DNA of 64,000 nucleotides from Eledone cirrhosa (lineage: Eukaryota). The stretch is taken from NCBI GenBank assembly GCA_964016885.1, contig OZ024745.1, positions 38,192,001-38,256,000 of the forward strand, read 5' to 3'. Within the stretch, counting starts at the first letter, position 1; each line of letters begins with the position of its first letter. Below the pieces are notes generated by a model. It searched no databases. It saw nothing but the letters and a program-made list of their open reading frames with translations, and was not told the origin of the DNA. Both the position numbers and the translations under genes were made by a program. Below are positions 44,074 to 56,772 of this stretch, in pieces.

Positions 44074-44677
44074 TTATATATATATATATGTATATCATTA
44101 TCGTTGTTGTTCTCGTTATTATTATTGCTGTTATTATTATTATTATTGTTTTTATTATGTTTCTTTTTCTCGTGCAATGTCCATACTCGATAACGAGAGG
44201 GCAGCCATCATATATATATATTGAAATGGTCATTTTTCAAGTAGATATTTTCTGCTTCTATTTGCGAGAAGAATATTTATACTTCTGCAATTGATTGGCA
44301 AGATATGGTTGTTGTACTTACAGGGGAAACAATTCTGCGTGCTTGTGCTGGATATAGAAGCAACGATGTTTATGTGTAACTGTGGCTTGATGACGAGGAT
44401 GAGAAAGACGATGATGAAGATGATGATGATAATGGAAATAAAGATATAGTTCGAGGAAAAATATATATATAGAGTGACTACTTGTAGTGCTTATAACAAT
44501 AATACTTCAATTCCTAAAACTTTTATTTAGATATACTAGATTCCATTGTTTTTCCTAATCTTGCACTGGCATACTTACAAATAGTACACTCACATGAGCG
44601 ACTGGGCATACATACAAATGTACATAAACACACACACGCTAATATAATGTTATACACTTTTCTATATATATATATAT

Positions 44678-44775
<98 letters not shown>

Positions 44776-44801
44776 CTGTGTGTGTGTACAAACCCGGTAT
44801 A

Positions 44802-45355
44802 TTTATAAATAAACAAATAGAAAGCCGTAACTATGCAGAAACAGCGGCAGCTATCGCTACCTGGCGGTGTCCAGTAGAAGCAAGAGAGACAATCGTCGAT
44901 GCATTTCGAACTGAACTGGTCTCATCAGGATGATCCCAACTGCTCTTGCAACTGCTGGACTTTGAAAACAGGCGAGAACATATAGTTTTTTCTTGTGTAA
45001 ATGAGGTGATTAATCTCATTTGCATATGAAACTGTATATGTTGGCTCAACGTATTGTAGAATAAGAATTTAGATAAATTCTATTTCTATTCTATTTTATT
45101 ATACGTTTAGCCAACTTATACAGCTTCATATGCAAATGAGATTAATCACCTCATTTACACAGACGAGAAGACTATATATTTTCGTCTGTTTTCAAAGTCC
45201 AGCTGTTGCAAGAGCGGGAGTCATCCTCCTGATGAGACCAGTTCAGTTCGAAATGGATCGCCAACTGTCCCCCTTGCTTTGGCTAGACACCACCAGGTGG
45301 TGATAGCTGCCGGTGTATCTGTATAGCTACGGCTTTCTGAATGCTTATTTATAAA
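44802..45355. mobile_element. Fold-back element, about 235-bp diverged arms, each with a hammerhead motif
   Basis: 44802-45037 is the reverse complement of 45117-45355; flanked by TA/TG microsatellites. Confidence 0.8.
44891..44935 (-). ncRNA. Minimal type I hammerhead ribozyme
   Basis: ATCATC CTGATGA GACCAGTTCAGTTC GAAA TGC ATC GACGAT; palindromic ATGCAT in helix III; diverged + copy at 45222-45265. Confidence 0.7.
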
Positions 45356-45425
45356 CGTGCCGTATTCCTTTAGAAATATGAAATTTCAATACATACACCT
45401 ATGCTCGAAGCTAAATATACACACC

Positions 45426-45491
<66 letters not shown>

Positions 45492-45750
45492 TCCGTGTGT
45501 GTGTGTGAGTGAATGAAGTAATTCCGCAGGTAAGGTTCAGGGAAAAAAGAGTGCTCTATGTAGGTTACAGAGGTTATTAGTTATGTAATAAACAACATAA
45601 GATAATTATTTCATTTACCACTGGTTTCTTGAAAGCAAATAAATCTGCTTTCAGATACATATACGCCTATGTGATTGCTTATTTTTTAAGTATATGCGCG
45701 TGGTGGAGTGTGTATATGTTTGTTTATTTATTTTTAATTATATGTGTGTG

Positions 45751-45843
<93 letters not shown>

Positions 45844-45864
45844 GTGTGTATGTGAGTCTGTGTG

Positions 45865-45906
<42 letters not shown>

Positions 45907-46136
45907 TGTGTGTGTATATATACTTATATATATATATATATATATATATAACCCCCTTTTTCTTTCTCCGTTCGCTGTTTCCTCAGACTCGCTTTCATAG
46001 TTCTCATATTTTTGTTTTCAAATCCACATTCAATAAAAACACCAGATTTGTTTTCATTCTGACGACTGACAGCAGATTTATCTGCTTTCAAGTAATGACG
46101 GGTAAATGAAATAATTATCTTATGTTGTTTATTACA

Positions 46137-46192
<56 letters not shown>

Positions 46193-46276
46193 TATATAAG
46201 GGTTGAGAACGGTATCCAGTATTTTCGATGACATTGTTTACAATTTGCTCAACAAATTCATTGGGCGCACATTCTT

Positions 46277-46307
<31 letters not shown>

Positions 46308-46379
46308 ATTGGATCCAGTTCATACCAGATTCTACAGCCGTGGGCTTGTGAGTATCCCCATATACTTTCTCCTCTAAAG

Positions 46380-47340
46380 GAAAACTAAATGAAGAGGAAA
46401 GGAAGGAAGGTGTATGTTTTGTTGTGACAGATGTCACTAAATTTGCTGTAGCAACCAAAATGCATAGGTGATCGAATTATGTATCCGAGTGTTCCTCTTT
46501 CAAGGGAACACATCATGACTCATTTCAGTGATCGTATCAAGATTTAGGAGGGTTTATAATATCGATTCCAATTTCGGACAATATCTTGCTTCTTGGAGAT
46601 TTCAATGCACATGTGGGAAAGAAGGCCATATCTGTAGAATTTTAGGATGTCACGGCATGGGAAAGATGAGTGCCAATGAACGCCTTTTACAAGTATGCAC
46701 TCAATTTCAGCTGCTTGTGTGAAATACTTTCTTTGAAGAAACGAAGATCACAAAGCAACACGAGGTTCACACAAGGATAATATCGTACACTATATAATAA
46801 CCAAATAGAGTGACTTCCTGTATATTTGCTCTTTAAAATTAATGCTTGGTGTAGAATGTAGTACACACCAAAAAGTTATAAATGGTTGAGGAAAGTGCTG
46901 ATCAGACGAACGAGGAGGCCAGAAGGAGTATAAATGCCAAAACGTATAGATGTATCCAAACAGCAAATTTTAGAAATGCGAGATGTTCATCATAATGCAC
47001 TTGAAACCTTGTCTCTGATGGAATTTAGAAACATTTTAAAAGACAGGTGTACAGTGCTGGGGTTTATTTACTTAGTCTTAACAAAAGAAAACAGCGAGAC
47101 TGGTTTGATGAAGAATATTCGCTTTAGAGGTGACATTGTTGTTATTGCAATTCACGACATAGTTTCATCTGTGAAGTACGTTGAGCTTGCCCTTCAATAT
47201 TGGATAGATGCAATTTTGCTGTCGATTTACAAGGGCAAGGGGTCCAAGTCTGAATGCGATGAATATTGTGATATAAATGTGCTCGATTTGGTACAAAATG
47301 TCCTACTCAAGATCCTGACCAATCGTTAGACAAGTCAAGG
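46380..47340 (+). mobile_element. Heavily decayed RTE LINE fragment
   Basis: LLGDFNAHVG, LGCHGMGKMSANERLLQVC, WIDAILLSIYKGKGSKSECD. Confidence 0.75.
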
Positions 47341-47486
47341 AATAATCGAGACACCTGTGAAATAGTTCTACATAAATGACTTCTGCGGTTCATTTGCAAC
47401 TGGTAGTATAGACATAATAGAATACATGTTCACATATCCTATCCGGTAATGGTATGTGAGACATAAGTGACAATCAGCTCTCCCAC

Positions 47487-47589
<103 letters not shown>

Positions 47590-47598
47590 GCGCGCGCA

Positions 47599-47689
<91 letters not shown>

Positions 47690-48469
47690 TTATATATGTG
47701 TGTGTGTGTGTATATACATGATCGTTATTGCTTCAACCAGCCTATTCACCTTCGATAAGTATGTGTATTATATATATATATGTATATTCTAAATATATGT
47801 TATCTGTCATTATCATTATTTTGAGGGCTCTGACATCATGGGTAAAGAAATATATAAAATGTTCAGGATGTTATTTTTAGAATCAATCTATACACGTCTA
47901 TGAATGAATGAAGAGCCGAGTAGAATAGTTGACTAAGCTTAAAAATGTATGGTATGCAGATTGCATGTCAGGTAAGAGCGAAACCTCGGAATATTGATAA
48001 GATAATACAGATAAAGCTTATGTGGTAATGATAGCAGGTGGGGTAGGCAATTACACTTTCTAAGATTCTTCTGTGAATCGGTGGCTGTAAAGTTTCTTTT
48101 GTAGATTGTTTGTCAGTCAACCTCTTCGTCATTTTCTTTATGAGGACTAAAGCGTTTGTGTGTCCAACAATATGATCATCCCAACAATAATTCTGGAACA
48201 CTATATTTTTTTTCCTGTAACTCAATTATAAATGTCATTTGGTTAAGTGATTTGAGAGTTGTATAAGATCCTTCACTACTTGTTTTGCCTCTCTGAGTTC
48301 TCAATTCGTATCCGCTCGAAGTCAACTTTGCTTTTCATTCTTGTGGCGACAACAAATAACGCAACAGTCCAAGAATTTTAGATTGAAGCAATTATGAAAG
48401 AGTCGGACGAGTGATACGGTATTTGACCTAACTTTTGTAAAATTTCGAATACGGCCTTATTCTGTTAGG

Positions 48470-48638
48470 CCTTGAGGCCAGCAGATAACATCACACATTT
48501 AGGAAAGTGGCTCTTCTCTCTAAAGAAGAGCCACTTTCCTACGAGTTACTGACATGAAAGTTGCTTGGCGTCAGATCGGACCAAGGAAACTGCTTCTATT
48601 ACTGTTTAAATGTGTGATGCTATCTGCTGGCCTCAAGG
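48470..48638. repeat. Nested inverted repeat
   Basis: Outer 32-bp arms 48470-48501/48607-48638 (1 mismatch); inner perfect 18-bp hairpin TAGGAAAGTGGCTCTTCT/AGAAGAGCCACTTTCCTA. Confidence 0.9.
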
Positions 48639-49609
48639 AAGAAAATCGGATTTTGTGAAGATTATGTATTTCCATTAGTATTAAACAAGTAAAATTAAAT
48701 GTCTTTCAGTGGGAATCAGATGCACATGTCACACTTGTCTCGCCTGGAGCCTACCTTTATTCTCAACTGTATTAACCACAGAAATGTTGACGCCATATTA
48801 AAAAATATTCTTTGTCATCATTTATGATTTTCTGTAATTTCTCTGTCATTTGATTCAATTGTTAACAGATTTTCATAAAGCGAAAATAGAGAAAAATATT
48901 TAATTCACAGAAGCAAATATTTTCAGTCTTCAACGTTCTGGGAACGGTTTTTACAACAGAGTCTTTCTTTCTTTCTCTCTTCCTTACATTTTCTCAAATA
49001 AAATGTAATGCAATATATATTAAAAGCATAAAAAAATAGCGATAGGAAAACAGCAAGTATAACAGTATTAATATCGGTATAGAACGGCAAAACAACTTAA
49101 ACAAAAAATACAACAAAAGAGCGCAACAAGAAACGAATATCAGTGTTAAGAACACCAACAGATGATCAAGATAAATAATAGCAACATCAAAAACTATAAT
49201 AAAAACCGTAATAACAGCGACAGCAATAAAAACAAAAACACAAGCATGTATCAAATACAAATACAAATGAATCTGATTTTACAAGTGAAAATCCCCAAGA
49301 GATAAAATAATATAAAACACATGAAGCAACAATATTAACCAGCATATCACTCGATATATAAACAATATTACGATAACAAACACAAGCAAAAATTATCTCA
49401 ACTAAGAATGAAGAACAACACATAAATTGCTAAAACACCCTTCTCATAAGGAGCGCTCTGTCATAAACTAAATATCGATGCAAAGAGTATAAAGTAAATG
49501 ATTTAAACAAAATATATCTTATTTTCAAGCACACTTCATTGATATATATATATATATATATATATATACGTCTGTGTGTGTGCATGTGTTAGGAGGAGAT
49601 GAGAGTGTT

Positions 49610-49700
<91 letters not shown>

Positions 49701-50263
49701 GTGTGTGTGTGTGTTTGTGTGTGCGTGTGCGTGTGTGCGTGTACATAATCCATGATTTATCTACGCAGCGAGATATTGTGTAATCAAACTTACTTCATAA
49801 CCACCATCTTCCGTTACACGTTCAACTAATATCTGTCACCATTTAATTTACTCATATTTCGTTGCCTTTTGCCGATTTCTCTAGCAGAGCATCTTCTTGC
49901 TTATATTTATCATCTTTTCGTTTTATTTTATGTTTTATGGTTTGGAAAGAAACATAATATCAGGAACAACAATTTGACTGTATACAAGGTGTTGAGTGCG
50001 CACGTGTATCCCTTTCTCCCACACTACCTTCCCATTCTCTCTTTCTCTCCCTCTCCCCTCTCTCTCTCTATATATATATAACGTGTGTGTGTGTTTCACA
50101 TATAGGAAATTTATATTTTTCAAGTGTATATAAATGCAGGTACATATGTATGGATGTACATCCCTCAACACAACCACCTGCTCCCTACACACACACTCGC
50201 AGACACACACACAGTCACAAACACACACACACGCATATATATATATATATATAAATCAGGAAA

Positions 50264-51542
50264 GAAGTTGTCGGCTGCTAAAACCTATAGTACAGGGATG
50301 TCCTATTGCGGGCTGTGTGATCTTGAGCTATTGTATATCCTTAGAAATGTTAAAGGGCTACTTAATAATAAGTTAGAAAGATCTATCTTCTGCAGACATA
50401 GAATAGCCACTAAATTCATAAGATTCAAACCTCCGTGAATCGAACCAACATAACATTGCTTTAAATTAGGATACCTACTACCCACAGAAATATATTCATT
50501 AAGTATACTATATCCTTCACAAGTCTATACCACACACTTGTCTGTAAGTACCTCATCTACCAACAATCTTACTCCTTCTCAGCTGCTGCAATCATTTGAT
50601 CCTAGATCCTAGTTTTTCTCATTTCACTACTACAATGTTACTTTACCTTCTTTTTGCCATAATTACAATTAGCACGCTTTTCTCTTTGCATGTATGTATA
50701 TTTTTGTACGAGTGTATATTGATGTGTATGTATGTGTCTATGTACACATGCATGTGTATATATGTGTATATATATTTATATATATATATATGTGTGTGTG
50801 TGTGTATGTGTATGTGTGTGTGTGCGTAGATATATGCGTATATTAATTCGTTAACCTCTGTATTAACTCTACAACTATTTAGCTTTGACAGTGGTCCCAC
50901 TCATGTATACTGTTGAAGATGAAGAGAAAGACTGTAAAAACTAGCTTATCTTTATAATTTAAAATTGATATACACTACGATACTCTGTACATGTCAACGC
51001 TTCATTTTGCCTTATGACAGCTAGTTTTCACGCCGTAACATTAGATACATTATATACCTAAGTAATGTCAGGGTCTCCTTAAATAATTTATTGATAGCAT
51101 TGTTGTAATTGTTGTTATTGTTCTAATTGAATGCCATTACTACTCCATATAGTAGCCTGTATTTTCTTTTCTTTTCTTGCCTGTGTATTTTTTTCATTCT
51201 CGCATGCTCCGAAGATCTGACTGGTTATAATTCTGTATTGGCGATCGAGTAACGCAAAATTAAGCGGATAGCGATCTGTAGACATACCAGTTCAGTGAAA
51301 CAAATGTAAGCTATGTGATTAAAACCTTTTTTGTATAGCAAACCATGTAAACCTTCTTTCCTGATTTATTATTACTCCAAGTGTTTACAACATAGGAATT
51401 ACAGCATACCCGCAGCATCACTATGAAAACGCCTTGTTGAGTCAAACCAAGCCAAGCGTTAATATCATCCACTACCTGGAATACCATAACTGGACTTCAC
51501 CTAAGTGGACTGCATTTAACTATTATTTGTTAATCCGTATAT
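50264..51542 (+). repeat. 5' pseudo-LTR
   Basis: Direct copy of 53799-55088 with roughly ten small differences seen by eye. Confidence 0.95.
51204..51314 (+). ncRNA. pLTR hammerhead ribozyme with extended helix II
   Basis: GCT CCGAAGA T CTGACTGGT [about 60 nt] ACCAGTTCAG T GAAAC AAAT GTA AGC. Confidence 0.65.
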
Positions 51543-51588
51543 TTAGCTCCCACCTGGTCGAGCAACACCATTAACGCACGGCAACAAC

Positions 51589-53973
51589 ATGGAGAAGCAC
51601 TGTATAGGTATGTCACTAAAAAACATACCTGTACCTACAAAAAAGGACTATACACTGGGCATGATACGACGGACTAATGATTTCATCCGCAGGGTCCGAT
51701 GGAAAGCTTACCATTTCGATAAGGGGCCGAATACCAACGGAAGGGAATTTTCCAAGGAGAATTACGGGTTTAAATCCTGCAAAAAACCGCCAAACAACCC
51801 GGCACTCGATGCCTTCGAGCTGAACCTTATGAACATGATGAGTGAAACTAAATTTAAAAAAAGAACAAATCACAACAAATTGCAAAATGACTTAAATACA
51901 TTACTTAAAAAACTAAAAGACACTAACGGTATCATAGTAAAAGCAGACAAAACATCAAACGTATACTCTATGGACATTAACACATACAATAACTTTATTC
52001 AGCGTGAACTACATAAAAAATATAAAAAAACAAATGAATCTACACTCACCAGCATAAACATGGAGGGCCTCAAGATAGTTAATAAACTCGGAATTTCAGA
52101 TAGGACCGAACCGCTTACCCCGTGCAACCCTACATTTAACCTGAAAGATCACAAAAATAACTTTGAAACTAATCCCACCATTAGATTAATATGTCCATCC
52201 AAGTCAGACATAGGTAAAATTAGCAAAAACATTCTAGATAGGGTAATCGCACAAATAAAGGGTAAACTAGAAATCAATTTATGGGGCAACACTAACGAGG
52301 CAATTAAATGGTTCAATAAAATACAAAATAGGGAGACATGTAACTTCATACAATTTGATATAGACGACTATTATGCATCCATATCCCCAGCTACCCTAGA
52401 TAAGGCGCTTATATTTGCCCAAAATAACTCTGATCTTACCCATGATGAAATTGAAATAATAATAGCGGCTAGAAGGACTATCGTAAAATTTGAAAATAAC
52501 TACTGGGTAAGAAAGGATAGAATAAATAGCTTCGATATTACAATGGGATCAAATGATTCTGCGCAAATTACAGATATCGTGGGGCTATTCATAGCACACA
52601 ACCTACATAAGGAATTCAGTAACCTCCAAGGAGGAATTTATAGGGACGACACGTTACTTATAGCTAGGAACCTAAACAACCAGAGCATGGAAAGACTAAG
52701 GAAAAATATTAGAATATTCTTAAAAAAACTAGGCCTAAGTATTACCTACGAACTAAACCATAAGAAGGTAAATTTTCTAGATGTAACTCTAAATCTAAAT
52801 ACTGGATTAATAGAACCTTTCCACAAAAATAATGAAAATGTTGCCTACATTAGTTACAACTCAAATCACCCCAAATCCATAATTAAATCCATAGCACGTA
52901 GTATATCCCTCCGAATATCCCGCTTATCCTCAAACCTAGAAATCTTTAACGAGCATGCTGACTATTATAATGCAGCATTAAGTAGGGCCGGTCATAAAGA
53001 TAAACTACAGTATATAGTGAATAAGGACAACATAAACAATCCTAGTAATTACTACTCCAACCGCTCACATAATAATAGGAATAGCTTGACTAGACATAGG
53101 GTTAGACATGTAACACCTAGAGTAAACGGCCAAAACACTAATAACGTAAACCCTAGAAACAATAGAAGAAACAGACAAAGAAAATACCTATGGTTCAACC
53201 CAATATTCAACTCCTCTATAAAAACTAGACTGCCCTCTACATTCTTTAAACTAATAGATAAACACTTCCCTATCTCGCATAGATATCACAAAATACTCAA
53301 TAGATCTACTATAAAACTCTCTTTCTCAACAGCAGCTAACATAGAATCACACGTACGCAAGATCAACCACAGAAATATCTCAAGTAAATCAATTGCACCT
53401 ATACATAAGCACAAACTCATCACAACATCACAACCACAAGCGCATACAAACGTGCAGCAGCAAAACCCCATTGGGCATATATCACAACCCACTCATAACA
53501 GAGTACTAAATAGGAATGTAAAAGCTGCACAAAATAGCGCCTCAAACTGCAACTGTCACCTCCCAGATAGGAGCCCATTGGCGAAGAGATGTCTCGATTC
53601 GAGCCTGGTGTACATGTGCACTGTCATCTCGGGTAACTCCACCTGGAATTACATAGGATCCACCGCGGGTTCTTTTAAGAAAAGATGGTATGTGCACAGG
53701 CACTCAATGAAAAACCGTGCACTTATGGGTTCCACCACCCTCGCCAGAAAAATATGGGAATTGAATGACAGCAACACTAACTACACTATCAACTGGTCGA
53801 AGTTGCCGGCTGCTAAAACCTATAGTACAGGGATGTCCTATTGCGGGCTGTGTGATCTTGAGCTATTGTATATCCTTAGAAATGTTAAAAGGCTACTTAA
53901 TAATAAGTTAGAAAGATCTATCTTCTGCAGACATAGAATAGCCACTAAATTCATAAGATTCAAACCTCCGTGA
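51589..53973 (+). CDS. Penelope-like reverse transcriptase with C-terminal GIY-YIG endonuclease (794 aa)
   Basis: SLKNIP..RVRWKAYHF, KADKT, QFDIDDYYASI, ITMGSNDSAQITD, GIYRDD, FLDVTL, SNHP; CNC, LVY..NYIGST..FKKRW..H, CGLC..E, LLN..E..CRH. Confidence 0.95.
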   Translation: MEKHCIGMSLKNIPVPTKKDYTLGMIRRTNDFIRRVRWKAYHFDKGPNTNGREFSKENYGFKSCKKPPNNPALDAFELNLMNMMSETKFKKRTNHNKLQNDLNTLLKKLKDTNGIIVKADKTSNVYSMDINTYNNFIQRELHKKYKKTNESTLTSINMEGLKIVNKLGISDRTEPLTPCNPTFNLKDHKNNFETNPTIRLICPSKSDIGKISKNILDRVIAQIKGKLEINLWGNTNEAIKWFNKIQNRETCNFIQFDIDDYYASISPATLDKALIFAQNNSDLTHDEIEIIIAARRTIVKFENNYWVRKDRINSFDITMGSNDSAQITDIVGLFIAHNLHKEFSNLQGGIYRDDTLLIARNLNNQSMERLRKNIRIFLKKLGLSITYELNHKKVNFLDVTLNLNTGLIEPFHKNNENVAYISYNSNHPKSIIKSIARSISLRISRLSSNLEIFNEHADYYNAALSRAGHKDKLQYIVNKDNINNPSNYYSNRSHNNRNSLTRHRVRHVTPRVNGQNTNNVNPRNNRRNRQRKYLWFNPIFNSSIKTRLPSTFFKLIDKHFPISHRYHKILNRSTIKLSFSTAANIESHVRKINHRNISSKSIAPIHKHKLITTSQPQAHTNVQQQNPIGHISQPTHNRVLNRNVKAAQNSASNCNCHLPDRSPLAKRCLDSSLVYMCTVISGNSTWNYIGSTAGSFKKRWYVHRHSMKNRALMGSTTLARKIWELNDSNTNYTINWSKLPAAKTYSTGMSYCGLCDLELLYILRNVKRLLNNKLERSIFCRHRIATKFIRFKPP

Positions 53974-54311
53974 ATCGAACCAACATAACATAGCTTTAAA
54001 TTAGGATACCTACTACCCACAGAAATATATTCATTAAGTATACTATATCCTTCACAAGTCTATACCACACAATTGTCTGTAAGTACCTCATCTACCAACA
54101 ATCTTACTCCTTCTCAGCTGCTGCAATCATTTGATCTAAGATCCTAGTTTTTCTCATTTCACTACTACAATGTTACTTTACCTTCTTTTTGCCATAATTA
54201 CAATTAGCACGCTTTTCTCTTTGCATGTATGTATATTTTTGTACGAGTGTATATTGATGTGTATGTATGTGTCTATGTACACATGCATGTGTATATATGT
54301 GTATATATATT

Positions 54312-54344
<33 letters not shown>

Positions 54345-55083
54345 ATGTGTATGTGTGTGTGTGTGTGTGCGTAGATATATGCGTATATTAATTCGTTAAC
54401 CTCTGTATTAACTCTACAACTATTTAGCTTTGACTGTGGTCCCACTCATGTATACTGTTGAAGATGAAGAGAAAGACTGTAAAAACTAGCTTATCTTTAT
54501 AATTTAAAATTGATATACACTACGATACTCTGTACATGTCAACGCTTCATTTTGCCTTATGACAGCTAGTTTTCTCGCCGTAACATTAGATACATTATAT
54601 ACCTAAGTAATGTCAGGGTCTCCTTAAATAATTTATTGATAGCATTGTTGTAATTGTTGTTATTGTTCTAATTGAATGCCATTACTACTCCATATAGTAG
54701 CCTGTATTTTCTTTTCTTTTCTTGCCTGTGTATTTTTCTTCATTCTCGCATGCTCCGAAGATCTGACTGGTTATAATTCTGTATTGGCGATCGAGTAACG
54801 CAAAATTAAGCGGATAGCGATCTGTAGACATACCAGTTCAGTGAAACAAATGTAAGCTATGTGATTAAAACCTTTTTTGTATAGCAAACCATGTAAACCT
54901 TCTTTCCTGATTTATTATTACTCCAAGTGTTTACAACATAGGAATTACAGCATACCCGCAGCATCACTATGAAAACGCCTTGTTGAGTCAAACCAAGCCA
55001 AGCGTTAATATCATCCACTACCTGGAATACCATAACTGGACTTCACCTAAGTGGACTGCATTTAACTATTGTTTGTTAATCCG

Positions 55084-55088
<5 letters not shown>
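53799..55088 (+). repeat. 3' pseudo-LTR
   Basis: Direct copy of 50264-51542. Confidence 0.95.
54750..54860 (+). ncRNA. pLTR hammerhead ribozyme, second copy
   Basis: Same sequence as 51204-51314. Confidence 0.65.
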
Positions 55089-55122
<34 letters not shown>

Positions 55123-55183
55123 CTGTGTGTGTGTATGTGTGTGTGTGTGTGTGTGCGTAAATATATATATATAAATATATATA

Positions 55184-55450
55184 AGGCGGGTAAAATTCCT
55201 GAGATCCACGGACGAGTTCTCTCCAGTGGTCCCTGTCCCTCCTGATCGCTGTCATGTCCTGCGTCTCCAAGAAACTAGTGTCTGTCTTTAGTGCATCAAC
55301 ATATGTCAACCTCTGTCTCTCTCTTTTAGTGTGTCCTGTAGGGGCTCCGACAGGAGAACTGAGTGCAGTGTGAACTCTTAATATCAGTGAGCATGTCCAG
55401 CTAACATCACTCTCCTTTGCGGTACTTTCGAGCTGACGTTTGGCAAAACC
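55184..55450 (-). mobile_element. RTE-like LINE 3' fragment
   Basis: PTGHTKRERQRLTYVDALKTDT..RDRDHWRELV; related copy at 61231-61430. Confidence 0.7.
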
Positions 55451-56031
55451 CACAACAGAATCCAGCCTGAGATAGAGACGTAGTTCAGGTGCAACGAGAA
55501 CGGCTTCAGAGAGGGATGATCAACCAACAATTCTAAGATCCTTCACTGTTAAGATGTAGTGCTGACACAGAGATACTGGTGATTTCGTTTCGGGAGTTCA
55601 GTTAGGATGCATGACTTAGTTTAATTACATTTAATGCTGCAGTGACTCTTTGCTTGGCGCATAAACTTGTGCCATCAACATAGGCCATTCTTCCAGCCTA
55701 AACATCTAGATCCATTGCATAACATATTCTGACAACCAACAACTTGTGAGTATCGCCACCGTCCATGCTGATTGGATTCTCAAAGTTTACAACCTTTTAA
55801 ATGTTTGCAATCTTCTGGGCCCTATTTGAGGTTCGGGAAAATCAACGGTTTTGTGTTTATACAAAGATATACATATATATATTAGAATATAAATATTAAT
55901 AAAATAGATGTTCATTTGATCAATTATATTATAATATTAATAACTCCGGATAATTATTTTGCCCGTAGAGTGCTTCCAATCTACTGTAAAACTCATTCTT
56001 TGATATACTCATTGAATTTTGTTTAACTCTT

Positions 56032-56106
<75 letters not shown>

Positions 56107-56157
56107 TATATTTATATATATATATATATACATACATACATACATATATATATATAT

Positions 56158-56215
<58 letters not shown>

Positions 56216-56292
56216 CATTTACAGTATACACTCAAAGAGTCATTTACAATTAATTAGCTCAAAGAAAGAAGCATTTCCGAGCCGTGTAATAC

Positions 56293-56772
56293 AAGTTAAT
56301 ATAAATTAATATATGATAAACACCTAAGTGTTTCTATTGTAAAGACAAAAGTTAGCTAGATTGAAACACACTAATTCAAATTAATATAGCCTGCCTGTAT
56401 CGATTTAAAAAATCGAGGTGAAGTACCTTAATTTTTCTGGGTACCTATTGATAAGCACAGAAAATTGATTATTTCGATCTTATACCATCGTTTGATAAGT
56501 ACAGAAAATTGATTATTTCGCTCTTATACCATCTTTTGCGAAACATTTTTTGGATTTTGAGGTTCAGATTGATCTGCGGAAAAGGTTTGAATTTTGAAAT
56601 TTTAATTTGTCTAGGTACCACGGCTATTTGCCAATATAAGTTTGTGTATATTGATTTTTTTAAATCGATACAGCCAGGCTATATTAATTTGAATTAGTTT
56701 GTTTCATTCTAGCTAACTTTTGTCTTTACAATACAAACACTTAGGTGTTTATCATATATTAATTTATATTAA

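Larger units (their letters stand above)
50251..55088 (+). mobile_element. Penelope-like retroelement (Naiad-type), full length with direct pseudo-LTRs, inserted in (TA)n
   Basis: Intact RT+GIY-YIG ORF between direct repeats 50264-51542 and 53799-55088; the upstream repeat includes the ORF C-terminus, as expected for PLE partial tandems. Confidence 0.93.

Noticed and set aside
48548-48598. Hammerhead inside the nested hairpin (CTTGG..CCAAG GAAAC)
   Set aside because: No correctly placed CUGANGA-like segment or helix I
48994-49423. Hydrophobic - strand ORFs suggesting a membrane protein or mitochondrial insertion
   Set aside because: Result of A-rich strand bias; no recognisable mitochondrial or transporter motif
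50124-50438. ORF ending with the same C-terminus as the PLE protein
   Set aside because: It is the 5' pLTR copy read from upstream microsatellite, not a second gene
53971-53988. Terminal TGA as a possible selenocysteine codon
   Set aside because: Not at a conserved Cys position, a TAA follows five codons later, and no convincing SECIS was seen
50264-55088. LTR retrotransposon
   Set aside because: Repeats lack TG..CA ends, overlap the ORF, and there is no gag, protease or integrase; the protein is PLE-type
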